A DNA stretch of 64,000 nt from Nitrospinales bacterium (lineage in GTDB: Bacteria; Nitrospinota; Nitrospinia; Nitrospinales; VA-1): positions 706,596 through 770,595 of the forward strand of contig CBDCXL010000002.1 of NCBI GenBank assembly GCA_965223795.1. Direction: 5' to 3'. Under the pieces are notes generated by a model, which saw only the letters and a list, made by a program, of their open reading frames with translations, did not search any database and was not told where the DNA came from. Made by a program: the position numbers and the translations under genes. Of this stretch, positions 20,434-31,932 are shown piece after piece (positions within the stretch are counted from its first letter, which is position 1; each line of letters opens with the position of its first letter).

Positions 20434-21309
20434 TCAGGGTACCGGAATCCGCGCTTTGGCCAGGACGGTCCCGCCCTCTTCCCGGCGCTCGCGGTAAACC
20501 ACGTGCAGGCTGCCCCGCTCCGGCCGCATGCCTGCAGGAAAGTTCAAGGGAATCTTCAGATGGCGGCTGGCGTTGGGGGCGTAGACCGAAAGCCCCCCTA
20601 CCTGCCCCACCTTCATGCGCCCACCCTGCTTGTCTTTGAAGAATATGGATATGTCGCCAAACACCGACCGGTTGCCTTTGCGCAGAATTTTCGCGGACAA
20701 CAGCGGCGGCGCTTCGTTCGAATCTGTGGATTCCAGGCTCAGGTCGGCAAGGCCCACCTTCGCGCTGAGGTCGCCGTGACGCACGATGACCGGTATGGAG
20801 ATCGCCAGCACCGCCACGAAGCGGATCTTGAGCTCGTCGCTGGCGAGTGTGGTGCGTTCGATGTCCTCGCCCAGGGTCGGCGGCGGCAGGCTCTGGAAAA
20901 AAAGGTGCGACCGGTATTCACCGGGTTTCAGGCCCTGCGGTTTGCGGGCCAGCAGGCGGACCGAACGCGAACTGCGCGGCGGCACGGTGATCTGCCGCGG
21001 CGCGAAGCGGATGAACTCGGCGGCGAATTTCTCTCCCGGGGTTCCGTGCGCGACTTCCTGATAAGCGCCGTTTTTGTCCATGCGCAGGTTTTTGAAGAAC
21101 ACGCGGTAGGTCATCTCGCGGTTGGAGTTGTTGTGCAGCACCACCTCACCGGTGCGCTTGTCCCCTTCCAGCACGATCCGCTTGGGCCGCACGCTGATGC
21201 CGCCCAGCTCTCCGGCCTGCGCGACCTCCACGAGCGCGCACAGCGTGAACATGCACAGCATGTTCACGCAAAATACCGGGATCGCTGCATTGCCAAAGCG
21301 TTTCTTCAT
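20434..21309 (-). CDS. PapD-like periplasmic pilus assembly chaperone
   Basis: ISVRPKRIVLE, IRFAPRQITVPP, GEYRSHLFF, ISIPVIVRHG and GNRSVFGD motifs; signal peptide. Confidence 0.82.
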   Translation of the reverse strand: MKKRFGNAAIPVFCVNMLCMFTLCALVEVAQAGELGGISVRPKRIVLEGDKRTGEVVLHNNSNREMTYRVFFKNLRMDKNGAYQEVAHGTPGEKFAAEFIRFAPRQITVPPRSSRSVRLLARKPQGLKPGEYRSHLFFQSLPPPTLGEDIERTTLASDELKIRFVAVLAISIPVIVRHGDLSAKVGLADLSLESTDSNEAPPLLSAKILRKGNRSVFGDISIFFKDKQGGRMKVGQVGGLSVYAPNASRHLKIPLNFPAGMRPERGSLHVVYRERREEGGTVLAKARIPVP

Positions 21310-21347
21310 GTAGCTCCTGAAGGACTGGTTGCGCCGTGAAGCTGAAT

Positions 21348-21836
21348 TCAGTTGTAGTTCGCCGTCAATATGTATTCGCAGATGCCGTCGCCGCTGGCGC
21401 CGGCATGCACTTTGAGGTGTCCGCCGATGCGGATGCTGTTGGCGGAAACGCTGCTTTCGGTCTGCACGTCTGTGAGATCGGTTCCCGGCACGGTGCAGGT
21501 GCCTTTGAGAGGCTCGGCGGTGACGTTGAACTGCACGCCCGAAGCGAGCACGCTGCCTGTGGACTGTCCGTGCAGGAAGCGGCCGTCCCCTTCAATGCCC
21601 AGCTGCAATCCGCCGCTGGGCGTGATTGCGAATTCCTGGATTCCGGAGGAAGGCGGCTGGATGACGCCGAAATCGAGCGGCGCGGTTTCGATCAGCGCCA
21701 CCGGCTCGGGGCCGGGTGCAAAGGCGGACGTGTATAAATCCGGAGAGGCGGCGCGGAATCCCGTGCCGCCGAAAATGAAAACGCTCACACCCAGAACCGA
21801 TGCCATGATTGTTTTTTTGAATTTTGGGACGCTCAT
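21348..21836 (-). CDS. DUF4402-like putative pilin subunit
   Basis: Signal peptide, PLDFG motif, C-terminal IGGHLKV...LTANYN and two Cys; first gene of the chaperone-usher trio. Confidence 0.7.
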   Translation of the reverse strand: MSVPKFKKTIMASVLGVSVFIFGGTGFRAASPDLYTSAFAPGPEPVALIETAPLDFGVIQPPSSGIQEFAITPSGGLQLGIEGDGRFLHGQSTGSVLASGVQFNVTAEPLKGTCTVPGTDLTDVQTESSVSANSIRIGGHLKVHAGASGDGICEYILTANYN

Positions 21837-21915
21837 GGTGGGAATTTCCTTTTAAATAAAATTTAAAAAGGATCTCAATAATTCGAAATTTCTCTGTCTG
21901 GCAAATCGCGGCCCC

Positions 21916-22384
21916 TTAATGAATGAGGGGCGCTCGCGGCCAAACGCTATTATTTGAGGCACCCTGCAATTGATTGTCACCCCAGGACACGTTCGCCGGG
22001 TTCCGCGAATTGGAATGCAGGCTGCCCGGCGCTCCGTCCTGAAACAGGCTGCGGCCGGGGGTTTCCTTTTGCACCAGATCGTTTTCCAGAGCCTGATAAG
22101 CCTCTTTGAGCAGACGATGGAATTTCTGTTTTTGCGGATGGGTCCGCACCACGTTCGGCATGCGTTTGGGAAACGGGGGAAAGGGTTTCATCATCTCAAA
22201 TCCTCGTCAGAAGGAAGAACAGGAGGCCGTGGACTATCAGGGAAATGAACAGCCAGGCCGGTTTCAGCGGATCGATTTCGAAAAGCCAGGAGGTGGACAG
22301 GTTCTGCTTCAGGGCCAGCGCGCCTTTTTCGTGCCAGGATTTTGGCTCGCATTCCGCCGGGGTGGTTTGAGGGAGATCGTTCAT
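21916..22384 (-). other. Two small adjacent ORFs (22196-22384 with a TM helix; 21916-22194), possibly one frameshifted gene
   Basis: TM segment LFISLIVHGLLFFLL ends the first ORF; the second ORF starts immediately after in another frame. Confidence 0.35.
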
Positions 22385-22800
22385 GATGGGTCAGGGGCTG
22401 AGGTTAGTGAGTTTGAGGCCGGGCGGATGCGATCGGCATCGCCGCTTGCGGGCCTCGTTGAACCGGGACGTTCGATGCTGCGGCTTAAATATCGCGTTCA
22501 CTTCAATTAGATTTTCATTGAATTTCTTCTTATTTCATTTAGATTTACACGCGCCCGAATACTTTACAACTTTCAATTAAAATTACAATAGAAAAATTAA
22601 TAACTTATATAAAATTATTAAAATTTGTTTAAATTTAAACACAAGATCAACACGAAGCCCCACTCCTGCGGTCCAGGAGTCAACGCATTGATTTTTTTGG
22701 GAAATTCAGATCAAAAGAAAATCAGGAAAAAAGCAGGGGAGTTTTGGTCCGATGGTATGCGCGGGCGTTTGGCCCGGTCAGGCGGGTGTTGGGGATGCGT

Positions 22801-23169
22801 TCAACCGGCTTTCGCGCGGCCGGGAGCGGCTTCCTCCGCGATCGTGGGGGGCGCGGCGGTGAAGCGGTAGCTGCAATCGGAGATGTCCGGCGGCTCTGTG
22901 GGATAGCGGTGACAAAGAAGCGGTTTTTGCGGGCTGTTGTGCACCCGGCAGGCGTTGTCGGGGCCGAGTTGTTCACAGGGAATATCGAGCGAATAAAACA
23001 GCAGGTTGTTTTCCACGTCCTCGCCGACCACGCGGATGCCGCGGTAGCTGAGATAGAGAGCCAGTTCTTTGAGGCTGCCGTGCTGCCTGAGGGTGAGATC
23101 GCGCACGGCGGTGATGTTGACGGAGCGGCAGCATTCGCCGCACTGGTTGCACTCTCCGGTTCGATACAA
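22801..23169 (-). CDS. YkgJ-family (CxxCxxCC) Zn/Fe-S cluster protein
   Basis: CNQCGECC...CEQL...CRVH...CHRYP; TTG start behind AGGAGAGGGG. Confidence 0.8.
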   Translation of the reverse strand: MYRTGECNQCGECCRSVNITAVRDLTLRQHGSLKELALYLSYRGIRVVGEDVENNLLFYSLDIPCEQLGPDNACRVHNSPQKPLLCHRYPTEPPDISDCSYRFTAAPPTIAEEAAPGRAKAG

Positions 23170-23213
23170 GACCCCTCTCCTTTCTGCCAGAGCACCCGGC
23201 CCGGCAGACGCTG

Positions 23214-23609
23214 TTATTTTTTCTTTTTGCGCGCGGTTTTCGGTTTTTTCCCGGCCTGCGGGTACTCGACGGTGACGCTGGTGTGGATGCCGCCGCGCAC
23301 GTTGAAATCGCCGGTGACGGTCAGTTTGCGGGGTTTGAGCACTGTGACCAGGTCGTCCGAAATCTGATTGATCACCTTTTCGTGAAACCCTCCCTCGTTG
23401 CGGTAGGACCACAGATACAGCTTGAGCGATTTGAGCTCGACGCACCAGCGGTCGGGGATGTAGGCGATCTCCACCACCGCGAAATCCGGCTGCCCGGTCT
23501 TGGGGCAGAGGCAGGTGAACTCCGGGCATTCCATCTCGATGGTGTAGTCCCGGTCGGGATGCGGGTTCAAAAAAACTTCCAAATCGTTAACCTCTTTATT
23601 TTTAGACAT
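23214..23609 (-). CDS. queF: NADPH-dependent 7-cyano-7-deazaguanine reductase
   Basis: [28 protein letters not shown] and RGGI motifs. Confidence 0.96.
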   Translation of the reverse strand: MSKNKEVNDLEVFLNPHPDRDYTIEMECPEFTCLCPKTGQPDFAVVEIAYIPDRWCVELKSLKLYLWSYRNEGGFHEKVINQISDDLVTVLKPRKLTVTGDFNVRGGIHTSVTVEYPQAGKKPKTARKKKK

Positions 23610-23654
23610 TTATATATTTTTTCCTGTTTTTTCAGATTTTTTTACCAGGTCACC

Positions 23655-23715
23655 TTGACATTGGAAATCAGGATTTTATGGTATAGTGTCAGCACTCGCA
23701 TCCGGTGAGTGCTAA
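23655..23715 (+). promoter_or_regulatory. sigma70-type promoter plus CIRCE (HrcA operator) for groESL
   Basis: TTGACA at 23655; TGgTATAGT at 23679; TCAGCACTC-N9-GAGTGCTAA at 23689-23715, one mismatch to the CIRCE consensus. Confidence 0.9.
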
Positions 23716-23871
23716 GACAACGGCGATCCCAACGGTTGCGAACTTATGGAAAACCCCGGCAAATTATTGAATATTCATAACTTAAGTTCAAAACCCACAT
23801 TCTTGCCCCACTCCGGGGCTGTCTCAATCCAAGACCCCAAAGTCTAACATTTTTTCTTACGAGGAGTGATT

Positions 23872-24162
23872 ATGAAAATCCGACCATTGCAAGACCGTAT
23901 CCTGTTGCAGCCCATCCTGGAAAAAGAAGTGCGCAAGGGTGGCATCATCATCCCCGATTCCGCCAAGGAAAAGCCCATCGAAGGGCGCGTCAAAGCCGTG
24001 GGCAAGGGAAAAATCGGTGAGGACGGCAAGCACATCCCCATGGATGTCAAAGTCGGCGACAAGGTCCTGTACAGCAAATACGGCGGAACGGAAGTCAAGA
24101 TCGACGGCGAGGAATTCCTTCTCATGAGAGAAGACGACATTTTGGGCATCATCGAAAAATAA
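23872..24162 (+). CDS. groES: Co-chaperonin GroES
   Basis: [10 protein letters not shown] and [13 protein letters not shown]; GAGGAG SD. Confidence 0.98.
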   Translation: MKIRPLQDRILLQPILEKEVRKGGIIIPDSAKEKPIEGRVKAVGKGKIGEDGKHIPMDVKVGDKVLYSKYGGTEVKIDGEEFLLMREDDILGIIEK

Positions 24163-24217
24163 CCCGTTTTAAAAACCGACAACGTCAAATACATCCCCTT
24201 CAAGGAGAGTTACCTAA

Positions 24218-25876
<1,659 letters not shown>

Positions 25877-25908
25877 GCCCGTTTCGCCGAGCAAGCCTGT
25901 AAATCAAG

Positions 25909-25941
25909 ACCCCCGGCCGGAATCCCGGCCGGGGTTTTTTT
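25909..25941 (+). terminator. Intrinsic terminator after groEL
   Basis: CCCCGGCCGG-aatc-CCGGCCGGGG followed by a T run. Confidence 0.85.
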
Positions 25942-26171
25942 GTGAGTTTTCTCACAACCCGCCGGTTTTTTATGAGTTGACAGGGGACCGCCCAATTAGA
26001 GTATAATTAATGTAAGTAGTTTAAAATTCAAGCGGTTCCGGGCATTGAGGGTCGCCGTTCGATCCCGGGGGGAGAAACCGGCCTGAGTTTGATTTTCTTT
26101 CCGCTCGCACCTCGTCTTCAGCGCAATCGATTCTACCGCTCCTGCCGCCTGTGTGAACCCTATCGGAGCTT

Positions 26172-27407
26172 GTGCGTGTGCAAAATATTCTTGGAATGAT
26201 CATGGCGGGCGGAGAAGGCAGCCGCCTTTATCCGCTCACGAAAGAGCGTGCGAAACCCGCTGTTCCCTTCGGCGGCAAATACCGGTTGATCGATTTTGTG
26301 CTGAGCAATTTCATCAACTCCAAAGTCTACGCCCTCTACGTCCTCACCCAGTTCAAATCGCAATCGTTGACGGAGCATCTGCAGGAAGGCTGGCGTTTCA
26401 GCTCCATCCTGCAGGACCATTTCATCCTGCCCGTACCCGCCCAGAAACGCACGGGCGAAAGCTGGTACCAGGGCACCGCCGATGCGATTTATCAGAACAT
26501 CAACCTGATCGAAGGGCACGGCTACGATCTGGTCGCCATCTTCGGCGCGGATCATATCTACCGCATGGACATCCGCCAGATGGTGGACTTCCACATGGAG
26601 AGGCGGGCGGACGTGACGGTCTCGGCGCTGCCGGTGTCCGTCGAGGAAGCGCGCTCGTTCGGCGTCATCCAGGTGGACGAGGAGCAGCGCATCATTGGAT
26701 TCCAGGAAAAACCGCATGACCCGAAAACCATACCGGGGCGGCCGGATGAGGTGTTCGCGTCGATGGGCAACTACATCTTCAGCACCGACTTTCTCATCCG
26801 CATGCTGTACGAAGACGCCGCGGACACCGAATCGAGCCACGATTTCGGCAAGGACATCCTGCCCAAAGTGGTGTCCACCGACCGGGTGTACGCCTACGAT
26901 TTTCGCACCAACCGCGTGTCCGGCAGCGGCGAACAGGAAGTGGGCGCCTGGCGCGACGTGGGGACCATCAAGGCGTTCTGGGAAGCCAATATGGACCTGC
27001 GCAACGTCAAACCGGTGTTCAACCTGTACAACCGCAAATGGCCGATCCGCACGACGCAGTACGGCGGCCCGCCGGCGAAGTTCGTGTTCAACGAGGACGG
27101 CCGCCGCGGCCAGGCGGTCAACAGCATCGTTTCCGAAGGCAGCATCATCAGCGGCGGCATCGTGCAGGATTCGGTGATCGGCGGCGACGTGCACATCGAC
27201 AGCGGCGCGGCGATCATCAATTCGCTGATCATGGACCGCGTCAATGTGGGGAAAAACTGCAAGATCAACATGGCCATCATCGACAAGGACGTGAACATTC
27301 CCGACGGCGTGTCGATCGGCTACAATCTGGACGAGGACAAGAGCCGGTTCTTCGTCGACGAGGAATCCAACATCACGGTGATCCCCAAGGGATACCGTTT
27401 CAAATGA
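26172..27407 (+). CDS. glgC: Glucose-1-phosphate adenylyltransferase
   Basis: AGGEGSRLYPLTKERAKPAVPFGG, WYQGTADA, ASMGNY and WRDVGT motifs. Confidence 0.97.
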   Translation: MRVQNILGMIMAGGEGSRLYPLTKERAKPAVPFGGKYRLIDFVLSNFINSKVYALYVLTQFKSQSLTEHLQEGWRFSSILQDHFILPVPAQKRTGESWYQGTADAIYQNINLIEGHGYDLVAIFGADHIYRMDIRQMVDFHMERRADVTVSALPVSVEEARSFGVIQVDEEQRIIGFQEKPHDPKTIPGRPDEVFASMGNYIFSTDFLIRMLYEDAADTESSHDFGKDILPKVVSTDRVYAYDFRTNRVSGSGEQEVGAWRDVGTIKAFWEANMDLRNVKPVFNLYNRKWPIRTTQYGGPPAKFVFNEDGRRGQAVNSIVSEGSIISGGIVQDSVIGGDVHIDSGAAIINSLIMDRVNVGKNCKINMAIIDKDVNIPDGVSIGYNLDEDKSRFFVDEESNITVIPKGYRFK

Positions 27408-27439
27408 CCGGCCTTGCCGCCTGAAGGAGGCGTCACAGC

Positions 27440-28621
27440 GTGAGCCACACCGTCACCGGACTCGACATTCTGCTTGCGGACCCCGAGCGCTTTCTGCAGG
27501 GGCAAAACGTCGGCCTTGTGGTCAACCAGACCAGCATGGCGGCGGACCAGAGGCACTCGATCGTCCATTTCAAGGAGCACCGCTGGTTCAGGCTGAAAAA
27601 GATCTTCGCGCCGGAGCACGGCCTGTACGGCGTGGATCAGGACATGGTGAAGGTGAACGACAACGAGGACCCGGTTTCCGGGCTGAAGGTGCTCAGCCTG
27701 TACGGGGACGTGGAAAACTCGCTGTTCCCCAGCACAATGCACCTTGCGGACCTGGACAATCTCATCTTCGACATTCAGGACATCGGCTCGCGCTATTACA
27801 CGTTCATCTACACGCTGGCCAACTGCATGCAGGTGTGCCGCGAAGCGGGCATCCCGATGATCGTATGCGACCGCCCCAACCCCATCAACGGCGTCGCGGT
27901 GGAGGGCAACCTGGTCGGGGAAGAATGGCGCTCTTTCGTCGGCAAGTACCCGATCGCCAACCGCCACGGCATGACGGTGGGCGAGCTGGCGCAGATGTTC
28001 AACAAGACCTTCGGCATCGAGTGCGACCTGACGGTCATCCCCATGCGCAACTGGCAGCGCGAAATGTGGTACGACGACACCGGCCTCGACTGGATCCCGC
28101 CGTCGCCCAACATGCCGTCGCTCCACACGGCGACGGTGTATCCGGGCATGTGCCTTCTGGAAGGCACGCTATTGTCCGAAGGCCGCGGCACCACGCTGCC
28201 CTTCGAGCAGATCGGCGCGCCCTACATCGACGCGCACCGGCTCGCCGACAAGCTGCAGCAGGAAAAGCTGCCGGGTGTGTTTTTCCGGCCGATCTATTTC
28301 AAACCGATGTTCCAGAAATGGTCGGGCGAAACCTGCGGCGGCGTGCAGCTTCATGTCACCGACCGCGGCCGCTTCAAATCCCTGCTCACTGGCATCGCGG
28401 TCATCCGCGTCATCGCCGGCCTGTACGAGAAAAATTTCGGCTGGCGCACCGCGCCGTACGAGTTCGTCAACGACCGGCTGGCCATCGACCTTTTGTACGG
28501 CAACTCCGATTTCCGCGAACGCTACCTGAACTGCGGCACGACGCTCGCCCACATCGAAGACTCCTGGCAGGGCGAATTCACCGAGTTCAACAAGCTGCGC
28601 AAAGAGCACCTGCTCTACTGA
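27440..28621 (+). CDS. Exo-beta-N-acetylmuramidase NamZ family (DUF1343)
   Basis: FAPEHG, FDIQDIGSRYYT, DRPNP, RHGMTVGELA, PSPNMP and SEGRGTTLPFE motifs. Confidence 0.92.
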   Translation: MSHTVTGLDILLADPERFLQGQNVGLVVNQTSMAADQRHSIVHFKEHRWFRLKKIFAPEHGLYGVDQDMVKVNDNEDPVSGLKVLSLYGDVENSLFPSTMHLADLDNLIFDIQDIGSRYYTFIYTLANCMQVCREAGIPMIVCDRPNPINGVAVEGNLVGEEWRSFVGKYPIANRHGMTVGELAQMFNKTFGIECDLTVIPMRNWQREMWYDDTGLDWIPPSPNMPSLHTATVYPGMCLLEGTLLSEGRGTTLPFEQIGAPYIDAHRLADKLQQEKLPGVFFRPIYFKPMFQKWSGETCGGVQLHVTDRGRFKSLLTGIAVIRVIAGLYEKNFGWRTAPYEFVNDRLAIDLLYGNSDFRERYLNCGTTLAHIEDSWQGEFTEFNKLRKEHLLY

Positions 28622-28651
28622 CCGCTTTGGCGATCGCCGCCCTCCCCTATT

Positions 28652-30082
28652 TCAGCCCACGTTTTTTCCGGCCGCGCGCGCGGATTCGAGCATTTCCTGA
28701 GGCAGCTTGGACAGTTTGTAACGGAACGTGGAGCGTGAGAGCCCCAGCGTCCGGGCCGCCTTGGTCTTGTTGAAGCCGGAGGTTTTCCACGCTTTCAATA
28801 ACAAAGTGCTTTCACACTGCTGCACATAACGGTCCAGGGAAAAGTGCTCCGGCAGGGTGCTCCCCCCTCCCGGTTCGGCCGCGGCGGACCTTTTGCGCTC
28901 GCGCAGATAACCCGGCAGGTCGCGGACGCCCACCCAGTCGTTGTGAGACAGGATCATCACACGTTCGACCACATTGCGCAGCTCGCGCACGTTCCCCGGC
29001 CAGTCGTAGTTCAAGAGCACGTCCATCGCTTCGGGTTTCAGGCCCTGAATCTGCCGCCCCATCTCAAGGTTCAGCTTCTTGATGAAGGCGTCGATGAGCA
29101 CCGGTATGTCTTCGGGCCGTTCCCTGAGCGGCGGTATGGTGATCGGGTAAACGTAAAGCCGGTAATACAGGTCCTCGCGGAACGTGCCTTTGCGCACCAG
29201 TTTCTCGATGTCCTTGTTGGTGGCGGCGATGATGCGGATGTCCGCCTTGAGTGTGCGGACCCCGCCCAGGGGCTGGTATTCGCGCTCCTGAATCACCCGC
29301 AGCATCTTGGCCTGGGCGGGCGCGCTCATCTCGGTGATCTCGTCTAAGAACAGCGTGCCGCCGGCGGCCAGATGCACTTTGCCGGGCTTGGATTTTTCCG
29401 CGCCGGTGAACGCGCCCTTTTCGTATCCGAACAATTCGCTTTCGATGAGCGTGTCGGGAAACGCCGAGCAGTTGATGGCCACGAACGGATGCGCGGAGCG
29501 CGGGCTGTTGAAATGGATCGCTTTTGCCAACAGCTCTTTTCCGGTTCCGCTTTCTCCAAGAATCAGAACCGTGGTGTTCTGCCGGGCCACCTCTCCGGTG
29601 AGTTTTAAGGTGTGCAGGATGCTGGACGCGCGGCCGACGATATCGGGAAATTCGTAGCGTTTTTCCAGATCCTGGCGCATCGCGTTCAACTGGGCGACGA
29701 GCTTTTCTTTCTCCAGCTCCAGCTGCTTTTGTTCGGTCAAATCCTTAATGACCCCCATCACGTAAGCGATGCCGCCGCTTTCCCGGTCGTAGATGGGGGT
29801 GAAGATGGTTTCGACCCACACCGTTTTTCCCCCTTTGTGCTCCAGGGTCATGCGTTCTTTTTTGCTGGCCAGCTCCCCGTAACCGGGGGCGTCGCCGCGG
29901 CGGTCCTGCAATGTTTTTTTCAGCTCCTCGATCACAGCGCAGGCCTTGTCGACCAGCCCCTCCCTCGAGATGCCGTACAGTTCCTCACAGGCCCGGTTGA
30001 ACAAAACCAGGCGGCGGTCGTTGGAAACGATGTAAATGCCGTCGAGGGCGCTGTCCAGAACGTATTCCAGATCGTATTTCAT
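28652..30082 (-). CDS. PAS-domain sigma54-dependent transcriptional activator
   Basis: PAS domain, [22 protein letters not shown] and Fis-type HTH. Confidence 0.93.
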   Translation of the reverse strand: MKYDLEYVLDSALDGIYIVSNDRRLVLFNRACEELYGISREGLVDKACAVIEELKKTLQDRRGDAPGYGELASKKERMTLEHKGGKTVWVETIFTPIYDRESGGIAYVMGVIKDLTEQKQLELEKEKLVAQLNAMRQDLEKRYEFPDIVGRASSILHTLKLTGEVARQNTTVLILGESGTGKELLAKAIHFNSPRSAHPFVAINCSAFPDTLIESELFGYEKGAFTGAEKSKPGKVHLAAGGTLFLDEITEMSAPAQAKMLRVIQEREYQPLGGVRTLKADIRIIAATNKDIEKLVRKGTFREDLYYRLYVYPITIPPLRERPEDIPVLIDAFIKKLNLEMGRQIQGLKPEAMDVLLNYDWPGNVRELRNVVERVMILSHNDWVGVRDLPGYLRERKRSAAAEPGGGSTLPEHFSLDRYVQQCESTLLLKAWKTSGFNKTKAARTLGLSRSTFRYKLSKLPQEMLESARAAGKNVG

Positions 30083-30303
30083 GGATCCCTCATAGAGAAA
30101 AATGACGTTTTATTTGGTATTCGCAGGCGGCAACTTTCAGCCGCTGCGTGAAATTTTGGCTAGCCGATGGACTTCAATGAATTCAGAACGTTAACAGGAA
30201 AGCCTTGCAGGTTCCGGCCGAATTCCGCCGGTCCGATGGAATCGGCGCCGCGGAGGGTCCCGCGTAACCTAAAGGAACGTAACGAGATATGGGAAATTGA
30301 ATA

Positions 30304-30320
30304 CCGGCATATGAGTTGCA
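30304..30320 (+). promoter_or_regulatory. sigma54 -24/-12 promoter
   Basis: CCGGCATATGAGTTGCA (GG-N10-GC), divergent from an enhancer-binding protein gene. Confidence 0.75.
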
Positions 30321-30462
30321 ATATAACCATCATCAATCAATCCGCAAGGGGTTTTGTCGGAGCGACACTCGGGGAAGGGATTGGACTTTGCCTTGAGCCG
30401 GTGCGTTTTTCTGAACCCTCTGCGTATTCTTAACTACTCGACAATGCTAAAGGAGTCGAAAC

Positions 30463-30855
30463 ATGCATACGAAGAAAGCTGTGTTTGTGTTTCTTGTGGT
30501 GTTTGCGGTGTTCGGTTTCAATTCTCTGGCCGGCGCGGCCGATGCGGACCCCTGGTTCGTGGAAGACATAAAAGGCGATCAGGCCATCCTGGAGCCTGGC
30601 ACCACCACTTATTGCAACAAGGATTTCAAGGTGGAAAATATGAGCGACCAGGAAGCCGAGGTGCAGATTATTCTCGGCAACGGCGCCAAATACGCGCATG
30701 AAATGCTGGAGCCGAAAGCCAGCAAGAGCTTCAAGCTCGGAGGCGGTTACGAGATGGCTGAGGGATGGCATGCCCCGGAGAGCATCCATGTGGATGACGC
30801 CCGCATCGTGAACGTCACCGGTGGCACTTCCGAACTGAAAGTGCACTGCAAGTAA
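30463..30855 (+). CDS. Exported hypothetical protein
   Basis: AAGGAG SD, signal peptide, beta-rich mature part with two Cys. Confidence 0.8.
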   Translation: MHTKKAVFVFLVVFAVFGFNSLAGAADADPWFVEDIKGDQAILEPGTTTYCNKDFKVENMSDQEAEVQIILGNGAKYAHEMLEPKASKSFKLGGGYEMAEGWHAPESIHVDDARIVNVTGGTSELKVHCK

Positions 30856-31192
30856 GCAATCAACGGGAAAAAAATAAGTAAAGCAATCCCCGGTCTGCTT
30901 TCGGCCCCGCTTCTCAACCCTAGAGTGAGGACAATGCAATGCCTCACTGAGAGCGGGATTCCGGAGGCAGGCCGGAGAACCGTCCCCCCATCCCCGCCTG
31001 GAACCGTCTTGTTAAGCGGTAAAATTTATCCCTATTCCTGAAGTTATCGGCTATAATCGGCAGTGAGGGTGAAGGAATTTTGCGGCGTTGGCGTTCCCGC
31101 CGATGCCGAACTCAATCCAACTTATTGTTTTTAAAACACATACCTGACATTCACGTGCCGCAGGGCATGGAGAAGAAAACCCGGCCGGGGCC

Positions 31193-31221
31193 TTGACAAA
31201 TCCGGTGCGGGTCCCTATATT
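31193..31221 (+). promoter_or_regulatory. sigma70 promoter of yqeY-dnaG-rpoD
   Basis: TTGACA-17nt-TATATT. Confidence 0.7.
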
Positions 31222-31247
31222 CTCCCATTTACTTTATTTGTAAGCCT

Positions 31248-31697
31248 ATGAGTTTAAAGGAACTCCTCCTTTCCGACCTGAAAGGGGCCTTAAAAGCGCG
31301 TGATTCGATACGGCTCAACACCATCCGCGGCCTCAACACTGAGATAAAAAACCGGGAAATCGATCTCGGGCAAAAGGATCTGGACGACGAGGCCGTGGTG
31401 TCCCTCATCGCCACACAGATCAAAAAGAGAAAAGAAGCGATCGTCCACTTTGAAAAGGGCGGCCGCAAGGAGCTGGCGGATCAGGAAAAGCAGGAGATGG
31501 AGGTGCTGAAGCAGTACCTTCCGGAGCAGGTGTCCGAGGACGCCATCCGGAAACGGGTTCAGGAAGTGGTTGAAGAATTGAATGCTAAAAGCCTATCGGA
31601 TCTTGGAAAAGTAATGAAGGTGCTGGTCCCTGAATTCAAAGGGAAAGCGGACAACAAGGTGATCAAGGATCTGGTCGGCGAGCGGTTGAAACCCTAG
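31248..31697 (+). CDS. GatB/YqeY domain protein
   Basis: IKKRKEAI...GGRKELADQEKQEMEVLKQYLPEQ; upstream of dnaG. Confidence 0.92.
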   Translation: MSLKELLLSDLKGALKARDSIRLNTIRGLNTEIKNREIDLGQKDLDDEAVVSLIATQIKKRKEAIVHFEKGGRKELADQEKQEMEVLKQYLPEQVSEDAIRKRVQEVVEELNAKSLSDLGKVMKVLVPEFKGKADNKVIKDLVGERLKP

Positions 31698-31932
31698 TTT
31701 TATCTTCCCATCTGCAATCGTGGCGGTAACAAATCGGACTCCCTCAGGGGATCGATGAAACTGTGCTCCCCCTCGAGGCATGCCCGGATTCTGGCGGTCC
31801 GAACGCGGGGTGGCGGTCGGTATGCTATCGAAAGATCCGATTTCCCCTGGAAATCCGTTGAGTGAAATCCCGGCGCCGGGCCGGTTGCAGGGCGCATGAA
31901 TTGCGGTAAGCTGGGATTGAGGTCCTGATACG

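Noticed and set aside
23610-23655. preQ1 riboswitch upstream of queF
   Set aside because: A-rich tracts are present, but there is no recognisable P1 stem/loop consensus.
30860-31240. rpsU or an ncRNA upstream of yqeY
   Set aside because: No S21-like ORF; only short isolated hairpins with no recognisable family.
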